DNA from: Raja brachyura
Lineage: Eukaryota
NCBI GenBank assembly: GCA_963514005.1
Contig: OY740785.1
Location: 34,348,001 to 34,412,000 of the forward strand
Length of the DNA stretch: 64,000 nt
Direction of reading: 5' to 3'
This document shows positions 36,836 through 51,840 of the stretch, in pieces. The translations under genes were made by a program, and so were the position numbers. The notes beneath the pieces are model-generated. The model was not told where the DNA came from. It saw nothing but the letters and a program-made list of their open reading frames with translations, and searched no databases. Numbering within the stretch: position 1 is the first letter of the stretch; every line of letters begins with the position of its first letter.

Positions 36836-37649
36836 GACGGGCAGCTTGATGGCTTCTTAACAGAACCATTCACAAGAATCTTTCAAAAGATAATAGCTTA
36901 AGTTCCAAATTCCTTGGGCAGAATTTTCAGGAAAAGCTGCCTCTAAGCAAAGTTCTTAATGAATTCCATTTCGTGATAGAAATAGTATTTTCAAGGAGAG
37001 AAAAAAAGATTGTTTTTGCTTAATGCTCTGCACTGGCCTTGGGAAATGAATCCAGGACAACGATCAGTCTCATCTGACTGTGCAAACTTTAGTGTCAGTG
37101 CTGAAAACATGAAAATATGCTTACCTCGCGGCAAAATCAATCATTTCTGGAGCCTTTTATGCCATGATGGAAATTTGGCAGTTCCCGATTCTGTGTCTGA
37201 TGCGGTCTCCATGTTAGCTACACATTATGTTCTGTAATCATAAGGTCATAAGATCATAAGTGATAGGAGTAGAATTAGGCCATTCAGCCCATCATGTCTA
37301 CTCCACCATTCAATCATGACTGAACTATATCTCCCTCCTAACCCCATTTTCCTGCCCTCTCCCCAAAATCTCTGACACCCGTACTAATCAAGAATCTATC
37401 TGTGCCTTAAAAATATTCACTGACTTTGCCTCCACAGCCTTCTGTGGCAAAGAATTCCACAGATTCACCACCCTCTGACTAAAGAAATGTTGAAAATCTT
37501 TTGGAGCTTTGTGAGGGAAATTAGATCACATTGTCCCAGGAGTGATACTGTTGAGCACTCCCAAAGGACGCAGGTTCTCACAGCTCAGCACCAGACTAGC
37601 CCACTACTACGAGTCCCGTTCATTCCTTTTAACCTGCGTCCACAATGGA

Positions 37650-38200
37650 CGGTGGTGAAGCCGCATTTAGAGTATTGCATTCAGTTCTGGGCACCATGTT
37701 GCAGGAAGGATATTGTCAAGTTGGAACGGGTACAGGGATGTTACCAGGAATCGAAGGTCTGAGCTACAGGGAGAGGTTGAGCAAGTTGCACTTCATTCCT
37801 TGGAGTGCAGGAGGATGAGGGGTGATCTTGTAGAGGTGTATAACATCATGAGAGGAATAGATGGGGTAGATGCACAGAGTCTCTTGCCCAGAGTAGGGGA
37901 ATCGAGAGCCACAGGACATAGGTTTAAGATGAAGGGGGAAAGATTTTATAGGAATCTGGGGGGGTAACCTGTTCACACAAAGGGTGATGGGTGTGTGGAA
38001 CGAGCTGCTAGAATAGGTAGTTGAGGCAGGGACTATTGCAACATTTAAGAAACAATTAGACAGGTACATGGATAGGACAGGCTTAGAGGGAAATTGGCCA
38101 AATGCAGGCAGGTGGGAATAGTGTAGATCTGACATGTTGGTCGGTGTGGGCAAGTGGGGTTAAAGGGCCTGTTTCTACACTGTATGACTCTATGACACTG
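37650..38200 (+). mobile_element. CR1/HER1-like LINE 3' end
   Basis: [13 protein letters not shown] motif and the same 3' UTR and tail as 32862-33468. Confidence 0.85.
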
Positions 38201-40304
38201 TGATTCTGGGTATCAGTGAGGGGGTAATTGATGATTGCCACTCATAGCACGGTTAGAAGATGTGAAGGGAAAGACTGTTCCCAATCGCTAAGTTTCCCTT
38301 CATTCTCGGCATCCCTCTCTTTTCTCCACAACTTAAATCAAAGTTTGATTTTCAACCTTGCCCATCTCTGAAGAAAAAAATAATTGCTTTAAAATAAATT
38401 AATTTTGAAAAGTGATGCTTTTTCTCTCTCTACAGTTGTTGCCTGATCTGTGGAATACCTCCACCATTGTTGGTTTTTTTTTACTCCAGAATTTTAATCT
38501 CTCCAGTGTTTTGCTTTTCGGGCATTTACTTCTCATTTGCCATAAATTCAATCATACAGCAGATTCCTACTTTCCACCATTCACTCTATCCTTCTCCCTC
38601 TCTCCCCCTCTTCCCTCTTTCTCCTGCAAAGTTTCTGAAGAGTTCAGAATGATAGATACCTTTCCTCATTTAACATTTTTGAAAACATTGATGGTAAAAA
38701 TCTCCTGCAGCAATTTTGAACTCAACTGAGAGGTTGTTCCTGGATTGTTTTGTTCAGCTTAATCTGAATTTGAAACATGCAGTTTTCTTTCACTAGATGG
38801 CAGTGTAGACACATCCAATACACTTGATTTAAGTAGAGATGGAAGCTCATGCTGACTTTTTGTCCTCAAGAGAAGAAATATTATCGGTAAATTCATAAAG
38901 TAAACAATGAACCCTATCATATCATCCAGAAATTTGTAACAAATACCTTATAAAAAATGAAGTTCCTTCACTGAGAGAGTAGACAGGGGTAATGTGGTAG
39001 ATGTAATTTATCTAGATTTTCAAATGGCTATTTCAATAAATGCCACAATACCTATAACTGAATAACCATGTGGTGTCAGGGAGCATGGAACACGTTTAAA
39101 TGTCTGATTTTCAGTCAAAGTCAAAGTATTCTTTATTGTCATTCAGACCTTTTGGTCTGAACAAAATTTTGTTGCCTTGCAGTCATACATATAATAAAAA
39201 ACAAAACACACAATAAACACATATATAACATTCAGAGTGGTAACATGTGGAAAATGGATCTGCACAACTATCAGAGCTAGGACCACTATCTTTTTATTAT
39301 TATATATGCTGTCTCAGCCTTTAGAATCACATATCTAATTGCTAAATTAACAAATTACACCATCCAGGGGGATAATCAAAACGGAGGTGGATTGCAATAA
39401 ATTGCCAGAATACATTGATAAAGTCCCAGGATGTGTAGACATTTGAAAAAGTAATTTAAATTGAGCCATTTTTTGTGTTTGGGAAAGAAGAATAAGATGT
39501 CACATAAAACAAGAATTGATTTAATGTAGAGAAGCATAAGAGCTCTCAAATTACACCCAACAAATTATTTAAAATAGTAACACAGTTTAATAAAGCCATG
39601 ATAAAAGTTATTGAGTTTAGTTTATTGTCACGTGGACTGAGGCACAGTGAAAAGCTTTTGTTGCGTGCTAACCAGTCAGCGGAAGGACAATACTTGATTA
39701 CAATCGAGCCATCCACAGTGTACAGATACATGATAAAGGGTATAACGTGAAGAATGTTTAGTGCAAGATAAAGCCAGTAAAGTCTGATCAATGATAGTCC
39801 GAAGGTCTCCAATGAGGTAGATAGTTCAAGACTACTCTCTAGTTGTTGGTAGGATCGTTCAGTTGCCTGATAACAGCTGGGAAGAAACTGCCTCTGAACC
39901 TGGAAATGTTTGCTTTCACACTGAGGGTTTATTACCAAAGAAAGAGCTGTCACATGGAAAGGTTATGCTGAGCATGTGTAGTCGTTGGACAAACCACACT
40001 TACGGGAAAGCATATATTTCTGGTCACATGAAAAGAAGGCGGTGGAGATTGAAAAGCTGGGTCTTTTTGTTTAAAGCAAACCGCTATGTGGTGTGCTTCC
40101 ACTTTGTGGGACGAGCAGAATTTGAGGCCATCAGTATAAAATAATTCCCGAGAAAACAAACTGGCAATTGAGAAGAAACTTATTTATGTCAAGCAGTGAG
40201 AATAAGGAATTGTGCATGACAGCATACAAGTGAATAATGTGGGTTTACATAGGAGGAAGCAGGAAAGGGATCTGAAAAAGAAGAGGATGGGGATAAAGAA
40301 AGGG

Positions 40305-40623
40305 AGGTGCAGCAGTAGAGTTGCGGGAGAATTGCTGCCTTACAACGCCAGAGACATTGGTTCAATCCTGTCTCTGTGTGCTGTCTTATAGAGTTTGTAC
40401 TTTCTCCCTGTCATCATCTGGGTTTTCTCTGGGTGCTCCGGTTTCCTCCCACACTCCAAAGACGTACAGGTTTGTAGGTTAATTGACTTTGGTAAAAATC
40501 ATAAGTTTTCCCTTGTGTGTAGGATAGTGCTAGTGTACGGGGTGATCACTGGTCGGTGCGGACTCAGTGGACACTAGAGCCTGTTTCCATGCTGTATCTC
40601 TAAAGTCTAAAGTCTAAAGTCTA
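40305..40623 (+). mobile_element. tRNA-derived V-SINE (HE1-like)
   Basis: Same head and core with a (tctaaag)n tail. Confidence 0.85.
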
Positions 40624-43600
40624 AGAGATCGGATAGAAGAATGGAAGGAACATAACTGCTGAATTGGTCGGGAAGGTTTGATTTTGTGCTCTGCAATGTG
40701 TAATTCTCCATGTTTATTTGCTAGAATTTCAAAATGTTGATGTATTTCTGATCTGAAACTTTCATTTAATGAGACAAGTCCTTAAAGTTTGATAAACCAA
40801 ATACTTGGCTGCTTAATTATTTCTGCCTGTTTCTTATTGGTCTTTATAATCTTCATTGCAATGTAACCTTTACCGGATTTCTTTTTTTTAATAGAGATAT
40901 TTTTTTGATGTTTTCTTTATGGAGTCCCGCATGGTGTCTTCCCTTCCAGTCCTGAGTCACAAATTGATCCGGCCAATTTAAACAAGAGCCAGCAACTGAA
41001 TTTCTGAACTCATGAAGACTTGAATCAATTGCAGCTCAATACGTCTTTGCATACATGGAGTCATTAATGTCAGTGGAAGTTAATTCCTACTGAAGTCAGT
41101 GGAAAGTGTTGATATAATTGGGTTGAAAATTTGAGTCTCGTGGTCACTGAAAATCAATCTTTTGCAAAGATCTTGTGCTTTGATCTCCAGTTATGACTAG
41201 AAAACCAAATTTCATACTACCAATTATTTGCTTTCAGACATGATGATGAGGAAAGAAAACTGCAGAGATGATGTATTGATGCAGGGAAGTGATGTTTCCT
41301 CATTTTGTTACTGCGTCTTACTAAATAAGTTTACCCAAAAGAGTTATTAATGAATATGATTAGTATAACTAATGTGATTCTATTAAATGGGATTAGATTG
41401 GATTTATATGGATTCAAATTTTAACTAGCACTGGCAATTTGGATCTAATTTATCTAAATGTTGGGTTTGGCCAAATTTAGATTATTTTGTGGTATTCAGG
41501 CACCTTTAACCATTAAAAAAGAACTTGGAAAATCCAATATGCCAGAATTTTCTGGAGTATACATGCACTGTTTGTTAGACTTCATCCAAATAACGTTTTG
41601 TCCTTTTGTCTGGTGGAAGTGCATGTGGAGAGTAGTGTAACCATGGCAATTGGGCACCAGGGACCTTATTGAAAAATGGGACCAACAATCCTTACCAATG
41701 AGATTTAATAATGGGAAATAAGCAGGGAAAGGGCAAAGAGGGTAAACTAGAATTGGTGCATTCAACGTCAACTTTGGCATGGAAAGAGAAATAAAGAAAA
41801 GGTAAGAGTGGTCAGATTCAGAGAGAAAAAATAAATGGGTAAAGAAAAACAATTACAATCTTATATTTCACAATTCATTACCTGGAGGAATGAAACTACA
41901 CACGTTTAACCGTTCACTTTCTGGGTGTCAATAACAATTACCACATCATTAAATAGATAATTACGCTATTAATTACGACACTTAACTTTCTGTAGCGGGT
42001 TTAATGAGCAATTAATGTGCAAATGCAGCAACTCATGAAACACTCAGAGGTTGAGGTCAAGATGCCATTTTTTGAAGTTATTGATGAGTGGCGCAAATTG
42101 TGCAGAAACTTGTGGCAATTTGCAAATCACAGGGTATCTCTGCCTTGGTAATAGCCAATTTGCACATTAATAACGTGAGTAATGTTCACACACTTATTAT
42201 TGCAGCCAAATCCGGCCATTAGTGTCTATCATGATGTTTGAAAAACTTGAATTATTCCGTTAACAAAATGTTATTGTTGAAGGTACAATATGTTAGAGAT
42301 ACATACCTCTTTTGTCTGAATTGTGGATATGATACTAATCCCTATAGCCTGTTAGAGAATATGTTAGAGATAAATATCCCTATCGCTTGTATAATGGAAC
42401 AGAGTTTTATAGACTTGTTGCACAATTACCACAGAAATGCCTGCCTTGACTGAGGGGAATAATCATTCTTAATAGTTGCTGCTGCTACCTGACTTCATAG
42501 CTCGGGTGTGATTCCTAAAAACTTAACGCAATTGTTTTTCTCCCATTACTCCCAAAACCACTGCTTTAGACAAAATCAGCTGCAGGAAAAAAAAAATTAT
42601 CTGGACGACAAATCCAGCTGGAGCCTACAGATGGTCTCCAGGTGCTGCGGTAGTGGTTGTTTTCCTACCTTTCATAGTGTATGCATTACTGACAAATCAG
42701 GTTTGACACCGGGAATCGCTGGACTGGTAGCTAGCTGTTTCACTAAGCTCTCTTTGACACAACTTAGATTGTTTGTGGCAAGCTGGGATATGGTCACAAA
42801 CACGGATCTGCCAAAACTAGTGGGCAGGCCAAATTCAAAGCCCCTGCCAAATTCCTGTTGGATTTCTGTCACAAGGTGAGTGATGGTTGGAGGAGTGGGG
42901 TGTTGCATTGAAAGAGCTTCCTAAGTGCATGTTTTGAAACTCAGGGACAGTGGTGGGAAAGGATGCCAGAGTTAAGTCTTCTTCTTTAAAGTTTGTAGAT
43001 TGATCAGTGAGTACGCTTGCAGATCACGTGGAAGTTCTTTCAACCACATGTTCATTCAAGCTAGATGTCATAATTTGGAAAAATGCAGAATGTCAATGGG
43101 CATTGTTTTGGTAATCGTTCTTCTGAAGGAATTCGTTGTTAATTCCTTCTCAATGTATCAACCACAATTAGCTGTGGCCAGTTTCATAAAGGTTTTCAAA
43201 CTCCTTCAAAATTTCTGCTTGGTAAATCCCACAGTGATTCATCCATCTTTCTACCTCTGAGTTTGTTTAGAGCTGTCAGCTGGCTGCCATAGTTTGTATT
43301 GCTAATGCATGATATTATATTTATGTGGTACTATTCCAGGCTTATTCACTGGGAAAATGCCTACCAGCTGCTTGGAGAAATGACGCAACGGCCCTTTAAT
43401 GAGAAAGTCTTTGATGTCATTTTTCTATTATAGATTTTAAAAATAAATAGAATTGCAGTTAAAAAGCTGATAAAATCACACCATCAGAACAAGTTGACAT
43501 TGTGGTGTTGAGTGATGGATGACCCAATCAGATTGCTTGCTCTTTTACTGTAATGGTTGTATTATTAAATGCAGTTGATTTAAACACAATGATCCTGTTT

Positions 43601-46600
43601 GCATTACTAACAGTAAAGAAAACTAAACTGAAATGCATTTTGATGAGTTTATTGAATATAAAAGTCTGCAAATCAAGGTTGTGATGAAAGCAAGCTGAAT
43701 CACCTACAAAAGGTGCTCTGCTCATTTATTTCTATACTGGAAAACGTGAACATTTAAAACTTGTTCAAGAAACGTAACTACTATATGTATGGTAAGATAA
43801 TGCAAAAAGCACACCGCTCATACACATATGTGAGTGGGTGTTGGGTTGGACAATTATGCATTTGGTGAAGCAATCATTATCAGCTAGAGGTTGCTGGAGA
43901 ATGCTGGAATTCCATGCATAATTATCACAATTTTCTGCATTAGTGCTAACATGTTTGGTAGGAACATGGTCATTCTCCACTTACCGGCAGAGTGCTTTCA
44001 ACTACATAGAAATTAACAGTCTTCAAAGACATAGCTGTGGAAACATCGGAAGTAAAGTAGCTCATATGCATTTTATTAATTCAATGAGTTTACTTAAATA
44101 TTGTTCTTTTTCAAGTTTTTAATTTGTTAAATTTTAGAAGTGTTTCATGTTTTGGATTTTAATAGTTTTAATAGTTTTGGAATGTTTAATGATTCTAACA
44201 AACAATTGTTACATCTGTTTTTAACAATTCTAGATAATTCTGATATTCAGAAATATTTAGAGATTTTCTAGGTTTGACAGCTGGCTAAGGCAGCAGGGAT
44301 GGGTTAATCAACTACGAAAAATATTGTTCAGTTGTTCCATTTGAAGAGCTTCTTTTCCTACCACCTCGGCAAACATAATATTGCATGTTATCCTTGAAGA
44401 TTGAGCTGGTATTTGGATGTATGTTCATGAGGATGGATCCACAAATGTTAAGTGCATGCTGACCATGTGGGTTAGTAGAAAGTGTGGTGAGCTCTCAATA
44501 GAACAGGTTTTGAACTAAATTATTTCTACTCTGGGCCTATATGTTGCACAAAATAATTCTCTATTCCGTTATCTATTATTTTGGGATTTTAACTGCAACA
44601 CCAAAGGGTTATTAATTATGACAATGTTCACATTTTTATCAGGTAATGGTCACTAAGAAATAATGCTACATTGCACTTCAGGTAGCAGCAAATTCCTTTT
44701 GTAAAATCCAGAAACTGTCTTAGAATGGATACGGTAATAAAAACATCATGAGAGATAAAAGTTGAGAGCCATGCAAATATTAATCGAAAACTTTGATAAA
44801 ATTCCAGAATGATTCTATCAATTTCCCCCACCCTAAATTACAATTACCTATGTGAAGTTTAATTAAGTCGGGATTGATTTATTTTAGATTCTCTGGTGGT
44901 AATTTTTAACTTTCAATGTGAATACAAGCTAAGCAAATTCAATTCATTGATTTCATTCCATTCATTGTTTGCCATCCATGAGCAAATAAACAAACTGCTG
45001 GACCAATTCAATAGGTCAGGCATCATCTATGGGTGGATACTTACTTTTTTCATTGATAACCCAGCATATTAAATTAAAATCTTTACTTTTTTAACACACA
45101 TTATTACTTGCACATTCCAAGCAAGAACTGTCTTTAGTACATGTGTAGGAAGGAACTGCAGATGCTGGTTTACACCAAAGATAGACACAAAATGCTGGAG
45201 TGATCTTCAGGTCTAAAGAAGGGAGCCAACCCAAAACATTCCCCATTCCCTCTCTCCAGAGATGCTGCCTGTCCTGCTGAGTTTTACTCCAGCATTTGTG
45301 TCCTTAGCACATCTTTTGTCCCAAAGTCTTATGGGGAAAAAAACAAAGTAATAACCCTCTTATTATAAGGCAGCAACACCTGGAAACTACAAGCAATCAA
45401 GATGCACTGGTAATTTTTCATTGAGGCTTTTCCTTTTAGTTAGCATAATTTTTGTCCTATTTAAAAAGCACAAACTGCCGAATAATAAATCTTGTTTGAA
45501 CATTATAAATCACAACGTTTTCAAATGGAAGATGGACTTTCTAGTTTCAATTCTTAGATTCATATGGAGAAGCATTGCAGCTTGATGTTTTTAATCATTA
45601 GCTAGGCATCTGATTTTCATTCTGTTTATTTCTACAATTTGGAAAATTAATGGAATTAGTTATCGAGGAGGAAATGCAAAACTTCCAGAGGAGCAATTAA
45701 TCTTCAGGGTGATTTTTGTGTGGAGTGAACTGTTGTGTCAAACTGGTTCACATGGTGCTCAAAACTATTAACTACTTTTTTAAAGTGTTAACTGTTCATT
45801 GCCCTTCCACCAGCATCCTTGGTGAACCCTGCTCCTTCTGATGTTATGGGAGGACAACAGCTGTAATGCTACCAGCATTCCATGATACACTTGGTGATAT
45901 TGCATTTTGAGTGGGCAATCAGGCAGCTAAGTTACCGGGGGCTTTCATGTCTGCCTATGATGATGCCATCTGTGCTTCGATGGTGAACATTAACATAGCC
46001 GCAGGTTCATCATGGGAAATCACTGGCAGCCTCTTCTTCAGGTAAGCTCCAACAAAAAAAAAACAAATCTGAAATGGGGGGGGTGGGGGGAAGGCATGAA
46101 ATTAGAGAAATTTACAAAGTTTGACAAATTGCATCTTGGAGTAGCCACGAGCAAATGGCTTGTGATGATTAATAAGTGCAACAATAATTGCATTTCATTA
46201 AGATTGATGGCTCCCCATTTAACCTCCCCTCTCATTTCAGCCCTAAAGTGGAAAAAGATGAAGTTCTCATCTATAATGGCTCCTGCAATGTCTCCATGGC
46301 AATGAAGGCAGTGATAAAGTGTGAGGTGTTTCGACAGCCAGAGCTGGTTACAGTGAAGATAATAGAGACTTTGGAACATTGGGGACAAAACATCTATGTA
46401 CCATAATATCACAGAGCCTATTAGCAAACCCTCACACTGTCACAAACTGTTACAGGTGCAAACAAGGTTTGGTCAGAAGTCACATCATCTGGACCCTAAA
46501 TATTGATTCCCACAGTAACCCTTTCTTTTTTCAAGATATGTTGGGATTGCTTTCTTTTTAAGAAAAATGACAAGCGAGTATCAATTTAATGCACAATCTG

Positions 46601-49569
46601 AAGTGCTGCCCTTTAAAATTGAATATTTTGACCAGTGCAGTTTACAATAGTATGTCAAAGCAATTGATCATATCTGATTAATATTACATTCCAGTTCAAT
46701 AAAGATATATATTTTTAAATGTTCTAAGAAATTGCAGGTTATTTTATAGTGACCCTCATTTTATCTTGAATGACAATGGTTCAGTCAAGTATCCCTTTGT
46801 GCTTCTTAAAAGTGCTGTTGATTTGATACATATATGAAAACTAGGGCTTACTTATAAACACCAGTGATTCTATTGTAACACCAATACTTATAAGTACTTT
46901 ATTGTGCTTTAAATACATTGGGATTCAAAAGATAATTTCTGAAAACTCAACAAAAAAATTCTATAGCAAAGTTTTCATAGTCAATATCCTCTGGGGGGCG
47001 ATTTAATGAGAACATCAAGTTAACCTAAATTCAAGTCAACCTAATAGGACATTAGAATTATTCTGCTTCCCTACTTCATGAAATTTTATAACTTACTTTC
47101 ATGAATAAATAATATTGAGAAGCTTTCTGTGGCATTGAATACTAAGATATGTCATGGTTTTGTTCCAAGATGACAAAGCCCATCTATTAAGTTCTTTGGA
47201 TGCAACTAGAAATGTTCTAGAAATGTGAAACATGAGGTATGGAGCAAAAAGGAACAACAGATGCTAGTTTACCAAGGAAAGACACAAAATGGTGGAGTAA
47301 CTCAGCAGGTCATGCAGCATCCCTGGAGAACATGGATAGGTGATGTGACCTTCCTTCAGACTGATCTGGGTGTGATTATAAATCTGCATCCTCCAACTTT
47401 CTAGGGTGGATACATTGTCCACTGCAGGTGTTGTATGCTGTTGGATGAAGTGTCACCAAGGTCTGCCAATAAAATAACTGTTTATTTCTACTCTGTGGCC
47501 TGTTGCCTTTATCATATCCTTAGGATGGCCCTAAAAAGTATATTGTATTGTTGAAGAATAATCAGCATTGAAATGTATATTTGCCAATCTGCAGACAAGA
47601 TGTCAGATGTATGAATGAATTAATATCCAGTTAACAGAGAAATCAAGTGTGAAAATACACACTTCCAGATTTAGAGAGTGCTTTCAACAAGTAGAGAATG
47701 GTCCTGAGCTACCATCTACATCATTGGAGACCCTTGGATTATCTTTAAACGGACGTTACTGTACTTTATCTTCCACTAAACATCATTCATTTTACCATGT
47801 ACAGTATCTGTACATTGTGGATGGCTCGATTGTAATCATGTATTGTCTTTCCACTGACTGGTTAGCACGTAACACTTTTCACTGTACCTTAGTACACGTG
47901 ACAATGAACTAAACTAAACTCAACTCAACTACAAACCCTTTGGGATGTGGGAGAAAACAGGATTAGACTTCCCAACTGCAATTCTTCCACAGTTTTTGCT
48001 TATTGAAAAATCCGTATTGAAGAAAATTAGTAAGTGAATTAACTTAAGGGGCTTCCTATACTATTTCCTGATATCCATGTGTAGCATTCATTAATCTAAA
48101 AGTATTTGCACTCTTTGTTCACCAGCTTTCTCTATATCCTCAAGAAAGGTCTTGACCCAAATTGTCTTCTATCCATGTTCATCAGAGATGCAGCCTGACC
48201 TGTTGAGTTACCCCAACACTTTGTGTTCTACTCAAGCTTCCAGCATCTGCAGTTCTTTGTGTCCCAATTTTTTTAACCAATCTTTTCGGAATAAACTCAG
48301 TGATTGATGACTGAAATCCTATTTGCATTTACAAAATCCCCTCCATCTATCTAATTGATTCATTTTGCCAAAAGCTTCATTAGATTTGTCAAGCAGTGCA
48401 ATTGAGGATAAAACTTTTTTACCCAGAGAGTTGTGAATCTGTGGAAATCTCTGCCCCAAAAGGTAGTGGAGGCCAATGCACTGGATATTTTCAAAAGAGA
48501 GTTAGATTTAGCTCTTAGGGCTAAAGGAATCAAAGGAGATGGGGAAAAAGCAGGAATGGGGTATTGATTTTAGATGATCAGCCATAATCATATTGAATGG
48601 CGTTGGCACGAAGGACCGAATGACCTACTACTGTACCTATGAGACCCTTACATTCCAATGCATTCATTTGAACATGAATAGCTGAATGTATCAAATGTAT
48701 CAGTTCAGACAATCACACAAATCAACCTTACTTTCATTGACTCCATTTACACCTCATGCCGCCTAGGCAAGGCCAGCAGCATAATTAAGGACGAGTTGTA
48801 CCCCGACCACTCCCTCTTCTCCCCTCTCCCACCAGGCAAAAGGTATAGAAAGTGTGAAAACACACACGTCGAGATCCAACGTTATCGTCTATATCTCTTG
48901 TTTCCCTTATCCCTAACTAGTCTGAAGAAGGGTCTCTGCCCGAAATGTCACCCAGATAACATTACAGATACATTTGGCATGATAGGGTGCAAATATACCA
49001 TACTGTTTTGTTGTGGACTTCAGTTTAAAAATAATGGTGTCATCCGCTGTAGTCCTATTGTGTTCCTCCAGCAATTCAACACCTACCATTTTCTGAACAA
49101 CAGATTTATCTGATATCCTATGATTGATTAACTTTAACCAACATGATTTAGCAGAGTAAATTAGCATCAAGATAATGCTGGGTGACCGAACAATGCAATA
49201 AAGTTCAGAATCCAATGAATTTGTTACTTTTTTTCATGTAAATATGAGCTTCAAAGCATGCATATCATTTCATTTCTGCTGAATGAACAGCTATTCTTAA
49301 TTTGACATTTGATTATGGAAAATTAAGCATGGAGCTGATGTTTGTAAATAACATAACCAGTTATATAATATACTATATGACAGACCAGATAAGGCTGTTT
49401 GTGTATGCACAAATTGCAACAGAAGTGAATTTCTCTAGGTTAGACCCGGCCAGCAATCATTTCCTGGTTAAATAATGCCATTTGGAAATTCACCCGAACC
49501 TTCTTGTTTGTAATTCACTTTAATGTGGCTGAAGTTTCCCTGGCATCAGTTACAATCCTAAAAAAGGCA

Positions 49570-51840
49570 AGAGTCAAGTCACGGGACAATGAAATTTTTA
49601 CTTGCTGCAGCAGAACAGAATATGTGATTATGTAAACATTGTATATAAAGGGGAAAGTAAAAGATAAAGTTCAATAAATAACAAATATAGTGCAAATAAC
49701 AAATAATAATGTAGTATTTTGCAGTTCGGAGCTCAGAGCTTATTCGCTTTGTGTTTAATAGCCTGATGGCTGTGGGGAAGAAACTGTTCCTGAACCTGGA
49801 CGTTACAGTTTTCAGGCTCCTGTACCTTCTTCCTGATGGCAATGGTGAGATGAGTGTGTGGCCAGGATGGTGTGGGTCCTTGATGATTTTGGATGCCTTT
49901 TTGAGGCAGTGACTATGATAGATCCCTTTGATGGTGGGGAGGTCAAAGCCCATGATGGACTGGGCAGTGGTCACAACTTTTTGTAGTTTTTTTTGCTCCT
50001 GGACAATTAAGTTGCCGAACCTGGCCACGATGCAACCAGTCAGAATGCTCTCTACCGTGCACCTGCAGAATTTAGGAGAATCGTCTTCGATATGCCGAAT
50101 CTCCGTCATCTTCTCAGGAAGTAGAGTCACTGATGTGCCTTCTTTACAATTGCATTGGTGTGCTGGGTCCAGGAAAGATCTTCTGAAATATGCACACCCA
50201 GGAATTTGAAGTTATTGACCCTTTCCACCATCGACCCGTTGATATAAACAGGATTGTGGGTTCTCATCCTTCCCCTACCAAAGTCCACAATCAGTTCCTT
50301 GGTCTTACTGATGTTGAGAGCCAGGTTGTTTTGCTGCCACCATTTGGTCAGTCGGTCAATCTCACTTCTATACTCTGACATCCCCATCTGTGATCGTCCA
50401 ACCACAGTGTTGTCATCGGCGAACTTGATGATGGAGTTCGGATTATGTCCGGCTACGCAGTCATGGGTATAGAGTAAGTAAAGCAGGGGGCTGAGCATGC
50501 AGCCTTGAGGTGCTTCCGTACTAATTGTTACTGAGGATGAAGTGGTTCCTCCAATTCGAACAGACTGTGATCTGTGGATGAGGAAGTCGAGGATTCAATT
50601 GCAGAGGAATGTGCAGATGCCCAGTCCCGTGAGCTTGGTAACCAGCTTGAAAGGGATGATGGTATTAAACGCCGAGCTGTAGTCTATAAACAACAGCCTG
50701 GCGTAGGTGCTTTATTGTCCACGTGGTCCAATGCGGAGTGGAGGGCCAGTGAAATTGCATCCTCCGTTGACCTGTTGTGGTGGAATACGAACTGTAGTTG
50801 GTCGAGGTTCTTGTTGAGGTAGGAGTTGATGTGCACCATAACCAACCTCTCAAAGCACTTCATCACCACAGACATTAGTGCCACTGGTTGATAGTCGTTG
50901 AGGCACGTCACCCTACTCTTCTTGGGCACTGGTATTATTGATGCCCTCTTAAAGCAGGTGGGAACCTCAGACCTCAGAAGTGAAAGATTGAAAATGTCTG
51001 CAAAAACTCCCGCCAGTTGGTCTGCACAGGCCTTGAGAACATGATCGGGTATACCATCAGGTCCAGGCGCTTTCCGAGGGTTCACCCTCCTGAAGGTTCT
51101 TCTGACATTGGCCTCTGTGACTGTGATTGTAATACCATCAGAGCGCATAGGGGCTTGAGAAAGCACATCAATGTTCTCCCTATCGAACCATGCATAGAAC
51201 GCATTGAGCTCATCAGGGAGTGATGCCTCGCTGTTGTTTGAGCTAATTCCTGATTTTGCCTTGTAGGAGGTGATGGCATTCAAGCCCTGCCACAGTTGCC
51301 GAACATCCGTCTCATCCCCCAGCTTAGAGCAGAAGTCCCTTTTGGCCTTTTTGATGGACTTTTTATACACCTCTGCATCGCCAGACCTGAATGCCCTGGA
51401 TCTGGTCTTCAGAAGAATGCGGATCTCATGGTTCATCCAAGGCTTCTGGTTAGGAAACACTCAGAAGGTTTTTGTTGGAACGCAGTCCTCCACACATTTC
51501 CTTATGAAGTCTGTGACGACTGTAGCATATTCATTCAGGTCTGTTGCTGACTCCCTGAACATTGCCCAGTCCACAGTCTCCAAGCAGTCCTGGAGTTGTT
51601 CCTCTGCCTCCTCCAACCGGCACTGTACAGTCCTCACCTCTGGGGGTACTTTCATCAATTGCTGCCTGTAGGCAGGAAGAAGCAGCACCGCTGAATGGTC
51701 GGACTTTCCGAAGTGAGGGTGAGGGATAGAGCAATAGGCATCTTTGATGGTCGTGTAGCAGTGGTCAAGGGTGTTTGATCCTCTGGTGCTGCAGGAGACA
51801 TGTTGGTGGAAGGTAGGGAGCGATTTCTTCAGGTCACACA
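49570..51840 (-). mobile_element. Rex1/Babar-clade LINE, 5'-truncated and degraded (APE end plus RT)
   Basis: Motifs TLDHCY..SDH, NQKPWM, KAPGPDGIP, NDYQPVAL, KFADD, FKFLGVHI and RFRNSFFPTAIRLLN are spread across frameshifted ORFs. Confidence 0.88.

Noticed and set aside
46001-46406. Micro-exon with donor CAG|GTAAGC near 46041 and ORF 46188-46406
   Set aside because: The acceptor context is weak, the protein is unrecognisable, and such signals are expected by chance.
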